A stretch of DNA of 64,000 nucleotides from Octopus sinensis (GCF_006345805.1 NC_043005.1:68014001-68078000); one strand, 5' to 3'; shown: positions 1-14,511, counted from the stretch's first letter. Notes: generated from the sequence alone by a model not told the origin. Numbers and translations: made by a program.

Positions 1-358
1 ATAAAGACAGACAAAATGCCTCTTAGCATTTCATCCAGCGTGCTAATGTTTCTGCCAGCTCGCCGCCTTTGGATAATGTGACCCTTATGTACTCTGTTCT
101 AGAAAAATATGTGATGGTCAAGATTGGAATGCCTTTAATCGTTAAATCTCTTTGATTGAGGCCTAGCTTGCATTTAATCCTTTAGCATTGAAACTGGCCA
201 TATCCAGCCAAAATATTGTACTTGTTTTATATTCAAACTGGTCAGATCTGGCTTCTCACACTCACCATACAATGTCCTTGTAAAAATAAACAATCACATC
301 ATTGAAATCTTGAAGCTACAATATCATGCATGATTATTCCGTCAAATGTATAGCTTAT

Positions 359-754
359 TTACTCTCTCTTTTACTCTTTCATTTGTTTCAGTCATTTGAC
401 TGTGGCCATGCTGGAGCACCACTTTTAGTCAGGCAAATCGACCCCAGGTCTTATTGTTTGTAAGCCTAGTACTTATTCTATCGTTCTCATTTGCCGAACC
501 ACTAAGTTATGGGGACGTAAACATACCAGCATCGGTTGTCAAGTGATGTTGGGGGGATAAACACAGACATACAAACACACACACACACACACGATGGGCT
601 TCATCAGTTTCTATCTACCAAATCCATTCACAAGGCTTTGGTCGGTCCGAGGCTATAGTAGAAGACACTTGCCCAAGGTGCCACGCAGTGGGACTGAACA
701 TGGAACTATGTGGTTCGTAAGCAAGCTACTTATCACACAGCCACTCCTACGCCT
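359..754 (-). mobile_element. tRNA-derived SINE family A
   Basis: on - strand: tggctgtgtgataagtag A-box, B-box-like gttcagtcc, internal (CA)n, tail gaaacaaatgaaagagtaaaaagag. Confidence 0.9.
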
Positions 755-1304
755 ATAAAAAAAGTCATTTGAGGTTCCAGCAAGTTTTGAACTCACGACC
801 GTCTGTGTGTTAAGCAGATGTGATAGCCACTACACCATGGAACCAGCTATATTAGCTTATTTATTCACATTGTTTTGAATTAATCTGAATGCTAAATCAT
901 TAGAAATGCTTTAGCAATTAAACTGGCCATATCTGGCCAAAATAATCTACCTGTATTATCTTCTAACTGGCAAGATCCGGCCTCTCCCATTTACCCTACA
1001 ATATTATTCTATAAAAAACAATGGCATCATTTAAATCTCAAAGCTACAAAGTGAGGCATGACTAATTCATATCAATCTGAATAAACAAGCATTACATTTA
1101 ACAAAGAAATCTAAATACTGTAGGGTTAAACAGCTACAGACTTATTTGATTGCTGAATTTTAGTTAATGTACCAAAGTGTAAGCTTTGGGTTTCCATTTG
1201 CATTCTACTGATTTCTCATATCCACGATTAATCTGTATTAAAATACATAAAAACTGTTTTCCCAGTAACTATTTTCTTAATTTTTTTTCTATTTTTTTTT
1301 TCAG

Positions 1305-1352
1305 CCAAGAGAACAGATCAACTCTGATCAAAGATTGAAATATTTGTTTGAT
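1305..1352 (+). CDS. SF3A3: SF3A3 exon, 48 nt: PREQINSDQRLKYLFD
   Basis: poly-T tract tcag| ... |gtaagt; resembles human LRDQINSDHRTRAMQD (recalled). Confidence 0.9.
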
Positions 1353-1365
1353 GTAAGTTAACATT

Positions 1366-1580
1366 TACTCTTTTACTCCTTTACTTGTTTCAGTCATTTG
1401 ACTGTGGCCATGCTGGAGCACTGCCTTTAGTCGAGCAAATCAACCACAGGACTTATTCTTTGTAAGCCTAATACTTATTCTATCGGTCTTTTGCTGAACC
1501 GCTAAGTTACGGGGACGTAAACACATCAGCATTGGTTGTCAAGCGATGTTGGGGGGACAAACACAGACACACAAACATAT

Positions 1581-1624
<44 letters not shown>

Positions 1625-1780
1625 GGCTTCTTTCAGTTTCCATCTACCAAATCCACTCACAAGGCTTTGGTCAGTCCAAGGCTATAGAAGACACTCGCCC
1701 AAGGTGCCACGCAGTGGGACTGAACCTGGAACCATGTGGTTGGTAAGCAATCTACTTACCACACAGCCACTCCTACGCCT
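1366..1780 (-). mobile_element. tRNA-derived SINE family A
   Basis: same consensus as 359-754. Confidence 0.9.
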
Positions 1781-2169
1781 ATATTTTCATTTTCATTCTG
1801 TTTTAATTTCATTGGTTTGTTGTATTGAAAGTTGGATCATTACTGTAATCCTGATTACCTAATGAATGAGGAACAAGCCATATCGCATCGCTAGTGCTAC
1901 AGAGTCTGTAATCAAAATATTTCATTCTCAACTAGCTGCTACTGCTGTCTTGTAATGTTAAGTCATCTCTAATCCAGCAGAGTTTTAAGAAACAGATAGT
2001 CAGCTAATAACCAGGCTCTACCTACAAATTCGTTGTTCTAGATTTACTATGCCTCTGTCAAGATGAGGATTATACTGCACGCTTTGGGTTGTAGTGTTGC
2101 AATCTAGACATGTGCTTTTATCTAAGTCCAGTCTGCTTTTGTGTGCTTTGCAGAGGTGATCAATGTATA

Positions 2170-2674
2170 TCATAAATCCTTGAGTATAATCTGCATTTTT
2201 TCCCCAAAATTTAAAGGTCAAAACCCCTAGTGCATACTATATACGAGGTTAAAAGTGAAAAATATTTTCTGAGCAATGTCCGAATCTCTATTTGCTGTCC
2301 GGCAATGTTTATTGAGATGCATTTTGTGATGTTGGGCGCGAAAATACCTTAAGCTAAGCCTGAAAGCAATGAAGTCATAAAAGAATCATCCATATTTATT
2401 AAAATAAAAGTATTTAGAACACAAAATAACATGTAACAAAAACAATTTGCAAACATATTTACATTCCCATATAACAGTTAAGAACATCACCATTATTGTA
2501 TTACGCATGCGCAGAAGTGTTTGTTCGACTAGGTGCTGCTGGCTTAATTATGCACGACTCAAGTTAGAGAAGGGGTGCATATTATACACAAGGTTTAAGT
2601 TTTTCAGAGGTACAGCCCCCTAAAAATCCCCTGCGTATTATACTCAAGGGCGGATTATACTCGAGGATTTACGG
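2170..2674. mobile_element. TcMar-type MITE
   Basis: about 25-bp TIR (ccgtaaatcctcgagtataatccgc, left copy CpG-decayed), TA flanks. Confidence 0.8.
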
Positions 2675-3314
2675 TACTCAGTCAGAGTGTATCAGTTACT
2701 CTTCCTTTTCAGTTATCATTGCTCATGAAAATCATAACTTTGTGTTTAAGGTTAATGAGGCTACCACAATTTTCCTAGGCCCCCACCAGTGGCTTGTGTG
2801 CTCCACGTTGGGAATCACTGATCTATTTCATACTGTTTGTTTACAACTAGATGGACTTGTTCTGATTTTGTGTTTAGTGTCTGGCTATGATATCTGAGCA
2901 GGGCTAGTTTGACTGTACAAGCATTATTGACACCCAATCAATTTAGCTGTTTGAGATACACTAGTTGTGGGAAAGATATTTGGAATAATTTATGAAACTA
3001 AAACTAATTGATTTATCTTTCTTCATGTTAACCTTGAAGTATCTTTACTCTTTTGAACTCAGTGTAACTCTTACTTCATGGTCTATCCTCATTGTCCGTT
3101 TTCCATACTGGCATGGGTTGGATGATTTGACCAGAGCTGGCAAGCCAGAGAGCTGCACTAGGTTCCAGTCTGATTTGGCTTGGTTTCTGTAGGTGGATGC
3201 CCTTCCTAATGCTAACTGCTTTACAGTGTGTTCTTAGTGCTTTTAACATTTTAATGAATAATAATCATTTTGTAAACTATGAACATTTGGGTTTTTTTCT
3301 CTTTCCTTTTGCAG

Positions 3315-3367
3315 AGATCTGTTGCTTGCACCAATGAACTAAGGGAGCTTTATGAAGATAAAGATGG
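3315..3367 (+). CDS. SF3A3: SF3A3 exon, 53 nt: RSVACTNELRELYEDKDG
   Basis: ttttgcag| ... |gtatgt; LRELYEDKDG motif. Confidence 0.93.
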
Positions 3368-3477
3368 GTATGTTTGCTACAAGCTGATTTACTTTATTCA
3401 AAATAATTTTTTCTCCTGTTTTGTTCTTTTGACACTTTTAATGCTTATGTTACTGCAAGAATATATCATTGTAAATA

Positions 3478-3875
3478 TCTTTATATATAAAAGATAAGTT
3501 GTGTGTCTGTCTCCTACGATTTAGATTCCTAACTACTCCCACATTTTGCGGTGCAGTTTAACCAAAACCGGGTATCTTATAGCCGTGATTCATATCAAGC
3601 CCTTCTGGGTATTAGCGCGCGTCTACGATGAGTCTACGATTAAAAAAAAAATTTAACATCATTTTTTTCCATTTTAATGCATTTTTTCGCTAATATATAA
3701 GGGAAGTAACTCTCTGAATATGTCTACGATGAGTCAACGATTTAAAAAAAAATTTACCATAATTTTTTTCCCATTTTTAATGCATTTTTTGGCTATTTTT
3801 GGGCTATAACTCTCTAAAAATGCTTAAATAGTTATTTCCCATACAAACCCGAGCAACGCCGGGCGATACTGATAG
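3478..3875 (+). mobile_element. non-autonomous Helitron
   Basis: A|TC start, 3' hairpin cccgagcaacgccggg, ctgatag|T end. Confidence 0.75.
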
Positions 3876-4415
3876 TTGTAAATAAAAAGCAAAACAAGGC
3901 CACTACCTCATTCAGTAATCTAAAGAATTAAGTAATTAAAACCTAAGCTGCACTTTTATTTTAATACATATTTTAATATATAAATGAAGTGAGTTCATGG
4001 CTTGCAGGACGGCCTGCTGTGCTAACCTTGGATCGTAGATTGACTCACTGTCCTTGAGGAGATCTATTGAGTCAAGTACATCAACATCAAAATAAAAATC
4101 AAATGGAAATTGTAATTATGATACCTGTGCTGGTGGCACGTAAAAAGCACCATCTGAACGTGGCTGATGCCAGCGGTGACACGTAAAAAGCACCAACCAA
4201 TTGTGGCTGTTTGCCAGCCTCCTCTGGTCCCTGTGCCGGTGGCACATAAAAAGCATCCACTACACTCATGGAGTGGTTGGCATTAGGAAAGGCATCCAGC
4301 TGTAGAAACACTGCCAGATCAGACTGGAGCCTGGCACAGCCTCCTAGCTTCCCAGACCCCGGTCGAACTATCCAACCCATGCTGGCATGGAAAACAGACG
4401 TTAAACGAGGATGAT

Positions 4416-5100
4416 GAGGTGTTCAGGCTAAATTTGAAAGTTTGCATAAAAGGTAAGGAAAACACAATATCGCATGCAAAAATAAAAGTATTTTGAAAAA
4501 ATAAAAAAATAACAAGATTATGGCTAGGAGATAAGTTACTCAAAGTAGCTGCCCTCAGCTTCCACCTCAGCTCTAAGATAACTCTGGAACCTGGCACATG
4601 TGTACCTCATTTTGTACCTGGGAAGATCTTTGAACTTTCCTTGATCTTGGCCACCAACTCAGCCTTGGCAGTTGGTGTCTTTCTTAACCATGTGCCACAT
4701 ATAGTAATCCATGGGATTACTATCAAAGGGATTAGGAGGTTAGAAATTGCAACTGGTGAAATTGTAAAAATTCTCTGACAACCACTTCTCACTTCCAGAT
4801 GTGTGGCAAGGAGCCAAATCCTGCTGCCACACACATATGGCCTTCCAGCAGCACCCCTCTCCACAGTCTCCAGCAGCTTCATATGGCTGTCAGACTTGGA
4901 TCTAAATCCCTGTTCAAAGATGTGGGGATGAATACCAGCATACAGGCACAGTCTGAACACTTGCTGTGTTCTTTGCTGCTGGTTATGGTTTCGTAATCTC
5001 TGTTGCAGTCATCTGCGTCACATCTTGAAACTTTTACTGTATTCACTGAGCAGCTGTCTTGATGTTGGCTTTTGATATCCAATATGAATCATCATGATGT
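4416..5100 (-). mobile_element. Tc1/mariner (maT, DD37D-like) transposase relic
   Basis: PHIFEQG, AAGRPYVWQQDLAPCHTS, WLSENFY, PPNPFDSNPMDYYMW; terminus ggtgttcaggctaaatttg also seen at 29561-29665. Confidence 0.8.
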
Positions 5101-5829
5101 AGGTGACTCTCCTAATATTCAAATGGCTTCCTGTCCTCTATGTCAGCTAACTTGTTCTCAACTACAGCTTTAATCTTTATGCTCTCCAATGCCATTGACT
5201 CTTCGATAATGCTGCTCCTGAAAAAAAAAGAAACATAAAAAATTCATTAGATTTAGTTCACACACCACTTGTACCTTGAGAACCCACCCTGACATCTTGC
5301 CTTCACCATTTTATCTTGATTTCCAACTCCACCGCAATTTCTTCTACTTACTCCTACCTGTAGGTGTGGCTGTGTGGTAAGATGTTTGTTTCCCAACCAC
5401 ATGACTTTGGGTTCGGTCCCACTGCATGGCACTGTGGGCAAGCATTTTCTGTAGCCCACCCCAAGCTGACCAAAGCCTTGTGAGTGGATTTGGTAGATAG
5501 AAACATGACACTGGCATCGGCCGCAATATATTTGTACATTGCTTGTACAACTCTGATAAGTGCATAGGCTGTTTAGCTATGTGTGTATGTGTGTATCACT
5601 GTATCAACCAGACCATCAGATGTTTTGTTGCACTCAGCATCATCATTATCATCATTGTTTAAACGTTTGCCTTCCATGCTGGCATGGGTGGGACGGTTTG
5701 ATAGGAGATGACCAAGCAGAAGCCTGCACTAGACACAAAAGTTTTGTGCAGGCTTCTGCCTGGCCAGCTCCTGTTGAACTGTCCCACAGGCGGACGTTAA
5801 ACGATGATGATGGTGCTGGTCACATTGCA

Positions 5830-6680
5830 CTTCCATTTCTGTCTTGATTGCACCACTCTTTTCCATTTTAACCCAAATTGCTTGACTAAATCATCTTCTC
5901 ATCATTGGAAAGGCCTTTCAAGTGGTCCTTTTTGATCTCTTGGATACCACTTGGCAACTGCACGTGTGCACCTGTTGTCTGTGAACATTGTGACATGTCC
6001 GACCCAGCAGAACTTGTGCTTTTGGTACTCTGCAATCACCTCATCCACTCCACTCTGTTTTCGAACTAAATCATTTCAAATGTGCTCTTAGTGATGTTCC
6101 TAGCATGGATCTTTCTGTGGTACTTTGCATCACAGCAATTCAATGTTCTATCCTCTTTATAGTAGCCCACATCTCACTTGCTTATAAGAGTGCATGTAGG
6201 ATGGTGCTATTGAAGAGTCTAACTCATATGGTATTGTCTATTTTTGTTTTTAAACTCATCCTTTATTAAGGTAAACACCTTCCACCCTGCTCTTATTCCC
6301 TGTGAGATTCCAACATCCATATCACATCGCATATTCACTGTGTTCCCTAAGTAGGTGTAGTCTTTACCTCTTCAATTTCATCACTTCCCACCTCTATTTG
6401 ATCTTATGCTACATCTTCCAACCGCATATATTTTGTTTTCATGTGGTTCATTTTAAAAACTAGTGCTAATCTATGAGTGCCCAGGTCTGTCAGCATGGTC
6501 TGCAGCTGGTCTGTGGTTTCAGTGATGAGTACAATGTCATCTGTGAATCAGAGGTGTGTTAGTTGCTAGCCATTGATGTCATGTGTCCAGTTGATATTCT
6601 TGATAACTATTTCTAGGCATGTAATGAAGAGCTTTGTAGAGATGATCCCTTCTCAATTGGGATCTTTACTGGTGGTGATA
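5830..6680 (-). mobile_element. decayed RTE-1/BovB-type LINE (different subfamily)
   Basis: STKLFITCLE, QLTHL*FTDDIVLI, CWVGHVTMFTDNRCTRAVAKWYPR. Confidence 0.75.
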
Positions 6681-7257
6681 GCAGAGCTATCATTTATTTG
6701 ATATTTATTTGCCACCAGGGTGAAGGATGAGGGGTACAATACAAAACAGTGTTGAGATTTACATATAATTAAATGATTAAATAAATAGATAATGATTATA
6801 ATAATAATAAAAAGTATACAGGGCATACAGTGAAAAGAAAGAGAAATTTACATAATATACAAAGGTTAACAAAAACAAAAAAGTTGAGGAATGACAGAGA
6901 TGTAGTCCTCCTGATACAGGATGACTTCTAGGGATGATCGAAGAACCCCACTGTCCAAAATCTCCCTGAACAACCAAGGGCAAGTGCCCTCTCCTGTTCC
7001 CTTTCTCTGACTCACAGGTTTACACTTGGAGAGTGACCATCCATAATAATAACAATAAATTGTTACTCCCTAAGAATTGCTTTCTTTAAAAATAAATTGT
7101 TCTACTTTCATTTTACTGACGACTCTCTTTTGTGCCATTATTGTTGTTGAACATGTCACCGAGGCATGGTTACTGTGTATATTACCGTTTGAACAACTGT
7201 AAATTTTCTAACTCTTCTACTTGTAACTAGTCAGACATATAATCATCCTTATTTTAG

Positions 7258-7363
7258 GCAAAGGAAAGAAGAGGTGGCTGCCCTGTCTGGCCCTAATGAG
7301 TTTGCAGAATTTTATGCCAGGCTGAAAACCCTTAAAGATTTTCATCGGAAGCATCCCGGCGAA
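7258..7363 (+). CDS. SF3A3: SF3A3 exon, 106 nt: QRKEEVAALSGPNEFAEFYARLKTLKDFHRKHPGE
   Basis: ttttag| ... |gtaaga; conserved SGPNEFAEFY. Confidence 0.97.
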
Positions 7364-7446
7364 GTAAGAATTTCTTTTTCTTGTACTAACTACCCACAGC
7401 TTACAGTGCTTTCATGAGTTCTCATATGTATCATCACATATCCTGC

Positions 7447-7865
7447 AATCATCATCATCATCATCGTTTAACGTCCGTTCTCCATGCTAGCATGGGTTGG
7501 ACGGTTCGACCGGGGTTCTGGGAAGCCAGAAGGCTGCACCAGGCTCCAGTCTAATCTGGCAATGTTTCTACAGCTGGATGCCCTTCCTAACGCCAACCAC
7601 TCCGTGAGTGTAGTGGGTGCCTTTTACGTGCCACCTGCACAGGTGCCAGGCGAGGCTGGCAATGGCCACGGTCGGATTGGTGTATTTTATGTGCCACCGG
7701 CACGGAAGCCAGTCGAGGCGGTGCTGGCATCGGCCACGAGTCGGATAGTGCTTTTTACGTACCACCAGACCAGGGATCCTGGCTGGTTCAATTCGATTTC
7801 GATTTCGCTTGCCCCAACATGTCTTCACAAGCAAAGGGGGTTGGCATGGGTGCCTGTCGTAAAAA
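7447..7865 (-). mobile_element. short RTE 3'-tail retrocopy (representative of about 20 copies)
   Basis: (cat)n cgtttaacgtccg...ggatgcccttcctaacgccaacc matches the tail of the 51094-52703 LINE; others near 4110-4415, 9310-9548, 15175-15432, 18372-18616, 20415-20725, 25767-25925, 29665-29970, 41275-41660, 49050-49535, 57850-58430, 63530-63950. Confidence 0.9.
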
Positions 7866-10206
7866 TATGGAACGCTTCACGAATTTGCGTGTCATCCTTA
7901 TCCATAAAATATTTACAACTTTGTTCTACAATATTTATACAGCACTGCCTGAACTAATCATAATTTAGTTGAGTGTATCAGTCTGTTATACAGTTATAAA
8001 GGCCCGATAATCTAACAATAGGAACACATACAGTAGAGTAGGTATGCTGTTTTTTTTGACATACTCTAAACACCCGAGGATTAACACATCTGCTCATAAG
8101 CTGGCTTTTACAGAAAAATGTAATTTTCTAATAGTTATTGACAGATTGTCTTTTCAGTAAAAGTCAGCCAAACAAGATATTTTCTTTAATGCAAAAAATT
8201 TTCCACTACTTTTTATTTCAATACTTGTCTCTTATATCAATTTTGCGAAAACATTTTTGCACTGTTTGAGGCTATGCTTTCTTACCAATTCACTTCTAAT
8301 GCCTTGTCATGGACGTACCAAAAAGCCTCTTAAGAGTCTTAAAATTTCACCCACTCACATGCTACCGTAAATGTTTCTTGTGTCAAAAACACTTCTTGTG
8401 CTGTGAGATGATTGAACATTTCTTTGATTTTGTTCTTGAAGTACACAAAACATTCCATTTATATTGATTGGATGAGATCAAACTTGGGGAAGTTTTCACT
8501 TTGTTATTAGTTTTTAGAGAGTAGAGAAGATAGAAGAAGAGAACAGAACCTGTTGCCCAGAAGCAGTCTCATGTTCTTTCTTTGTCTTCAGCATTTCCAT
8601 GATAAATTTCATTGATCTTGGCATATAACAAAACATATTTCATCTTGTTGAATGTAAATATGTAGCCTGGCTTAAAATTTTTGCTTTCATTTCCTTATAT
8701 TTTCATTGTGATTAAATATAAACGAAGAACGGGCAAAATTGTGCTTTTTTTGTTAGTTTTGAACTTGAAATTTCCAATTTGCAAAGCTGAAATATTTCAA
8801 AAGCCAAACACGAGGAAAGGAATAAATCAAATCTCCCAAAATATTTGAAACTTGAAAATGCAATTTAAACATAAATTGAAATTCAATAATGATTGAAATG
8901 AAGGGCTAGTCTATAGACCACAGGGCCATCAGTTATTGTAATCTTGTTATAGGCATCTTGTTGTGGTGCTGATAAAGGAACATAACTTTACTTGCTTCAA
9001 TTTACCTGTTTGACAGAAGATGGGTTCCTTTCTTACTTTGTGGTGGTGGGTAACATATCCAATAATTTATAATTGATTTATGGTTCAAAGAACACAATTC
9101 TATACATCGAACAGAAATGGGATATACAAGTTGTAAGCAAAAAATAAAAATCTAACACAATGTAGAACTTAACCATACATCTCCTGATCAGTAATTATCA
9201 TGAGATATGGTTTCAAGTTCTAATTAGTACTTTTGTATTTCTCCTTCTGTTGAAATCCTATCTATCCAATGACTACATTTACATTCAGTATTTGGTGTCA
9301 TATATTCTTCACGTAAAGAACACCATCCGAGCGTGGCCGTTCGCCAGCCTCGTCTGGCACCTGTGTCGGTGGCACATAAAAAGTACCCACTACACTCACG
9401 GAGTGGTTGGCGTTAGGAAGGGCATCCAGCTGTAGAAACACCGCCAGATCTGACTGGCCTGGTACAGCCTTCGGGCTTCCCAGACCCCAGTTAAACCGTC
9501 CAACTCATGCTAGCATGGAAAGCGGACGTTAAATGATGATGATGATGATACTGGTCTAATAAACAGTTATGAACTATGAGTTATAACTGGGAATCGATCT
9601 TGAGATGCAGATGCTTAGCAAGCACTTATTTTCTCTCTCTATTTCAAATATGCACTATTTGTATATATCTAAAAATATATGTAAAATTATCTAAAATGTA
9701 AACATATATTTACCATTCGGTACTGGACTAAGAACCAATTAATTTAACATTAGGAAAATACAGATTAACTTCACATTAACTTCACATTTAAATTATTGGA
9801 ACTCATCTCTTTGATACACTAAATTTGTTTTGAATAGCATTGGCAATTGAATAAATGTTAATTCTCATCAAGCTGAGTTATGTTCACATTAAGCTAAATT
9901 CCAATCAAGACAGGTCTAGGATCTGGTTTCAAAAGTTAGAATATAGACAGATGTGAATAAACACTGCATTTTCTCCAGTGCTTGATCAGTTTTGCTTGTT
10001 AGTCTTTAAATTTCAAGCTATCAATACAGAAAGTATCGAAATACATAATGTAGCCTTCTGTTGTTTTGGCTGTCTGTGGATTGGCATTCATGCCTTTACA
10101 TGGCTAATGAGATTAATTTACAAATTGTAGTTGTTGCCTGTGTTGCTGTTATAAAAATTAATATTTACCATGTTCCATGTTGACTCTCTTTGTTGTTGTT
10201 CTTCAG

Positions 10207-10279
10207 ATTAATGTTCCTATGTCTGTAGAGTTTGAAGAATTGGCTAAATTACGAGAAAATACTTCAGAAGAAATGCAAG
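10207..10279 (+). CDS. SF3A3: SF3A3 exon, 73 nt: INVPMSVEFEELAKLRENTSEEMQ
   Basis: cttcag| ... |gtacct; VPMSVEFEEL motif. Confidence 0.96.
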
Positions 10280-10704
10280 GTACCTAACTTTTTCTTTCCT
10301 TTTTACCCTCTTTTACATTATCAGAACACTACTTGTATAAATTATTTAAGCTCACTATATCACTGGTATAATGATAATTGTCTCAATTGTATTTTATTTA
10401 ATATAAAGAGAGCCAGCCTCAGTAAAACAATAAGAGAATTAATATTTTTAATGTTCCATAGTGTTGATGTATTTTGTCTGTACATATGTAGAGGTCAGTT
10501 TTTAACATTTATCTTTCTCAGTTAAATATTTCAATATCATAACTATCATAACTTTACTGTCCTTTTGTCTATAAATATCGGGCTTAATGCCAAAGGAAGA
10601 CACAAGTTTTTAAAAGGGAAATGAATTTAGAAAACTGGACTTGTTTCTGCCTCATTGTTTTGAGTTCAAATTGCTGTAGAGTACATTCATCTCTCAGAGA
10701 AAAT

Positions 10705-11120
10705 TAAATAGATGCCAGTTGTACATATAAATAGATTCTAGTTATATATATATATATCATATATATATAAAACGACTCTCCCCAGACAACAAAATATGCT
10801 TTCGTTTGCAAGATTCTTTATGTGAGTTCGTGTGTTGAAGCATATACTGTTGTGTCTGTGGAGAGTCATTCTCTTTTAGTGCCTTATAATTTAACACATT
10901 CACCGGTAAAATTTCCACTTGTTTCCTTCTTTATTTTTCTAAAATTTTCATTGTGCCTTGCAACCTTTTTAATCTATATATATATAGATGCTAGTTCTAT
11001 ATATAAATAAATGCCAGTTGTACATATAAATAGATGCTAGTTGTATATATAAATAGATGCTAGTTGTATGTATAAATAAATGGTAGTTGTATATATAAAT
11101 AGATGGTAGTTATATATAAA
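10705..11120. repeat. 23-bp minisatellite (ataaatagatgctagttgtatat) interrupted by a roughly 235-bp repeat fragment
   Basis: about 2 units before 10745 and about 6 units after 10985. Confidence 0.85.
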
Positions 11121-12381
11121 TTTAAATACCTACATACCCTCCCTTTGAAAGTTAATTTTGTCTCTATGTGAAAACATTTTGAAAACTAGATTTCCTCTGA
11201 ATTATGTGTTTTACAAATGGCAATTAGTTGGCAGGGATGTTAAATCTTACAGTTTTATCAACTTAACTCTGTATTTTTATAATTCAAATCCTGTTGGGAT
11301 TGACCTTTATTGTTGTCCTTCATTAATTGATATAAGTACCAGTAACATACTGGTAAGAATTCAGTTAATAGTATCCTGTCTTTATAAAATTTAACCTTGT
11401 ACCCTGTCATTATGAATCACTTACAGATTCTGCAAAGGTCCCAAAGACTTAGTTGCTATGTCCTTGTTTACAATAATTAGAGGGTTTGTGAACCAAGAGC
11501 TATCTGCTCTTGGAGCTGTTCCTTTTCTAGTTTTTTTACAAAACATATTACATAATCCTGTTTAATAAGCATGAACATTTCAAAATTTTATCTTGTGGAC
11601 AGAAGTTGAAAAGTTGAAACTAAGGTGCTGGTTAATAATAATTGACTTAATGAATGCTGTATATAGAGCTAACAATTTTATAGACATAATGAATAGTGTA
11701 TATGGAGCTAATGATGGTACTGTATCTTTAGACAACTGTGCTAGATGTTTTGAGATCTTTTATCTCCTTTGGATGATAAGCTTTTCCTTTCAGTACCCAA
11801 TGGTTGATTATATGTGATTTGTCAAAGAAATGTGATATTCTTTTATGTTTTATCTTTTACCTGTTTCAGTCATTAGACTGCTGCCATACTGGGGCAACAC
11901 CTTGAAGAATTTTAGTTGAGGAAATTGACTCTGGTACTTCATTTTTAAAAGCTCCTCTTCTGTTTGTCTTCCATGCTGGTATGGGTTGGACAGTTTGACA
12001 GAGTCAGTGAGCCAGGGGACTGCATCAAGCTCCAGTCTCTTCTTTGGCATGGTTTCTACTGCTGGACAACCTTCCTAATGTCAACCACTTCACAAAGTGT
12101 GGCGGGTGGGTGCATTTTTCATGATACTGGTGGTAGTGAGATCGCCAAGTAACTTGCAAGACAAAGGAAAAAAAAAAGAAGTCCCCTCAACTGAATTGGG
12201 TTGTAGTAGATACCACATGGTAGGGGTCACATTTGGGATGTCATGCAAACTTCTTAACCGTTTGCTATACTGTGTCCATACATTAATACTTAGACACATA
12301 CAATTTCAAGGATAAAGGCTGGCAAAATAGAATTAGATTTGATTGGATGTTGTTGATGTAATTTTTCTTTTTCCCTTTTAG

Positions 12382-12473
12382 ACATGGTTGATTTTACTGA
12401 CGAAGAAGGATATGGAAAATATCTGGATATGCATGAATGTTACGAGAAATTCATCAATTTGAAAGGAATTGAT
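12382..12473 (+). CDS. SF3A3: SF3A3 exon, 92 nt: MVDFTDEEGYGKYLDMHECYEKFINLKGID
   Basis: ccttttag| ... |gtaagc; FTDEEGYG motif. Confidence 0.97.
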
Positions 12474-13144
12474 GTAAGCCTTCTATTCACTAAAATTTTC
12501 TCTCTTTTTATTTCTGCCTTGTCTTTCCATTTATCACCCTAAAATAGTGAAGTGGTTTCTATCTTAAACATTTTTTCTTACATGTAAAATGGAATAGCTA
12601 ATTCTTCCAACAAACAGAAAACATTGATTCAAAGAGAGAACCTGCATGTGGTTGCTTGATCTGCTAGGTATAGCAGCCAGATTTCCGTCAACTCACACCC
12701 TACCTTCCTGAAAAGGGTTTTATAATGTAATCTTGCTTAGCAACCACCTGTTTTCAGTTCATGTTGATGTAACCTTTGGGTTTCCATAGCTTTATGCTAA
12801 CCAGTGACTTGTGAGTAGACAGAAAATGTATGGAAGCCCATTGTGTATGATTGTTTGCATGTGTGATGTGTGTACATGCATATATTTATATGTATATACA
12901 TATGTGTGTGTGTGTGTGTATATTTATATATATATATCTACCCCTGTATGTGTATAAATGTATATATGAACACATACATGTGTAGATGAAACAGGGACAA
13001 CTGATGAAGGGGAATATTCTTTATATTGCATGTCTCGTTTCTCTGTTTTTTTCATTGTTTGAAAAAAAGTTCATTTTCTGTGTTTTTGTTTCTCATTGTG
13101 TTCAACGTTTTTTGAACCCATATATGCATGTATATATACATATA

Positions 13145-13189
<45 letters not shown>

Positions 13190-14511
13190 GTATATTCTTA
13201 TACAAGAATGCTGTTGCAGTTACTAACACCATACAAATTATTTTTATCTTTTACACCTTATGCAGAATTTATTTCTCTTTCAAATGATGCAGACAATAAC
13301 TATTTTTATACAATTTGAAGAATTCCAATGTTAAATTAATATACACGTTTCAAATTTACCAGCAAAATTAGTTTAAGACTGTATCGTTATAATTTTATTT
13401 AAAGCTTAAGATTTTAGCAAAAATTAGCAACAAGAACGAAATACATATTAGTACTTTGTGCCATAGCCTTTTTTCTTAATAACGGCTGAGCAACGCCAAG
13501 TAATGATTAAACAAAGCAAATGATTTTAAAATCTTGACAGTTAATCTTATTTGTTAGGACTAAAAACAATGATACAACATATCAAACAACACAATCACAA
13601 CCTTGGATGTTCTCCCCTATGCATGAAAAATAGACAAAACTAACTTAACTAATTTCACTTTTTATTTATACTAACTTTAATGAGCCAACCTCAATGTCAG
13701 GCATGGACACTCTTTACCATGAAACATGGCTCATCATCACATTGGCCACGCTATTAAAAAATTTTGTGATAATATTTTGTTAGGCATGCCTTTCAGAAAG
13801 TCCTGTGGGCTGCACGTTGCCCACGACTGCTTTGTGGTTGCACAACCTGCTAGAAATAGCAGCTGAATCTCTTTCAAATAACATCCAACCATCTTAAAAA
13901 TTATCAGCTATATTGGATAATGTATTCTTAAATATAGTATGTCTGATTAAAGATGTGTTGGTCATGGCTGGGATTGTTTTTGATCAAGGCTAATAAAAAA
14001 TAAAAAAGTGCACCTGAAAACTTTGTGCAAATATTTCATTAAAACCTCAGTACCTAATCAGAATTATATCACAAAAGTGTTTTTTTCTTCGTTAATCTAG
14101 ATACAACATATCTAATTTTATTTTACTTCCTATTATTTACTTTTATCAACCTCAGTATATTACTGGTAGTTATTTTATTGTACCTAGTCGAAATTAAAAG
14201 TCAGAACATGTTTTTGACATTTAGATTGAGCTGATGTATGATCAAAGATGTTCCAGATGTGACCATCCCATTTTTGTTTATCTAGAACTACATTACCCTA
14301 TGTCTCATTCAGAGTGTGATTATTGAAGGATTTGGCTGTAACTAATATCAAAGTGCTTGTTACTTGTAGGCCTTATTGTTGACTCAAATCTAGTTTATAA
14401 GTTAACTCTACCAGTCTATATTAGCTAAGTCTTCAAATTCTTAACATCTATAGTTTGAGTACTGTGAAAGATTATGGAAACTAATACTTTTGTTCTCTGT
14501 TGTTATTTCAG

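Noticed and set aside
8130-8700. hAT transposase remnant
   Set aside because: No convincing motif could be read in any frame
12975-13045. Sense-strand hammerhead (ctgatgaagggg) able to cut the pre-mRNA
   Set aside because: No GAAA follows stem II, so the catalytic core is incomplete
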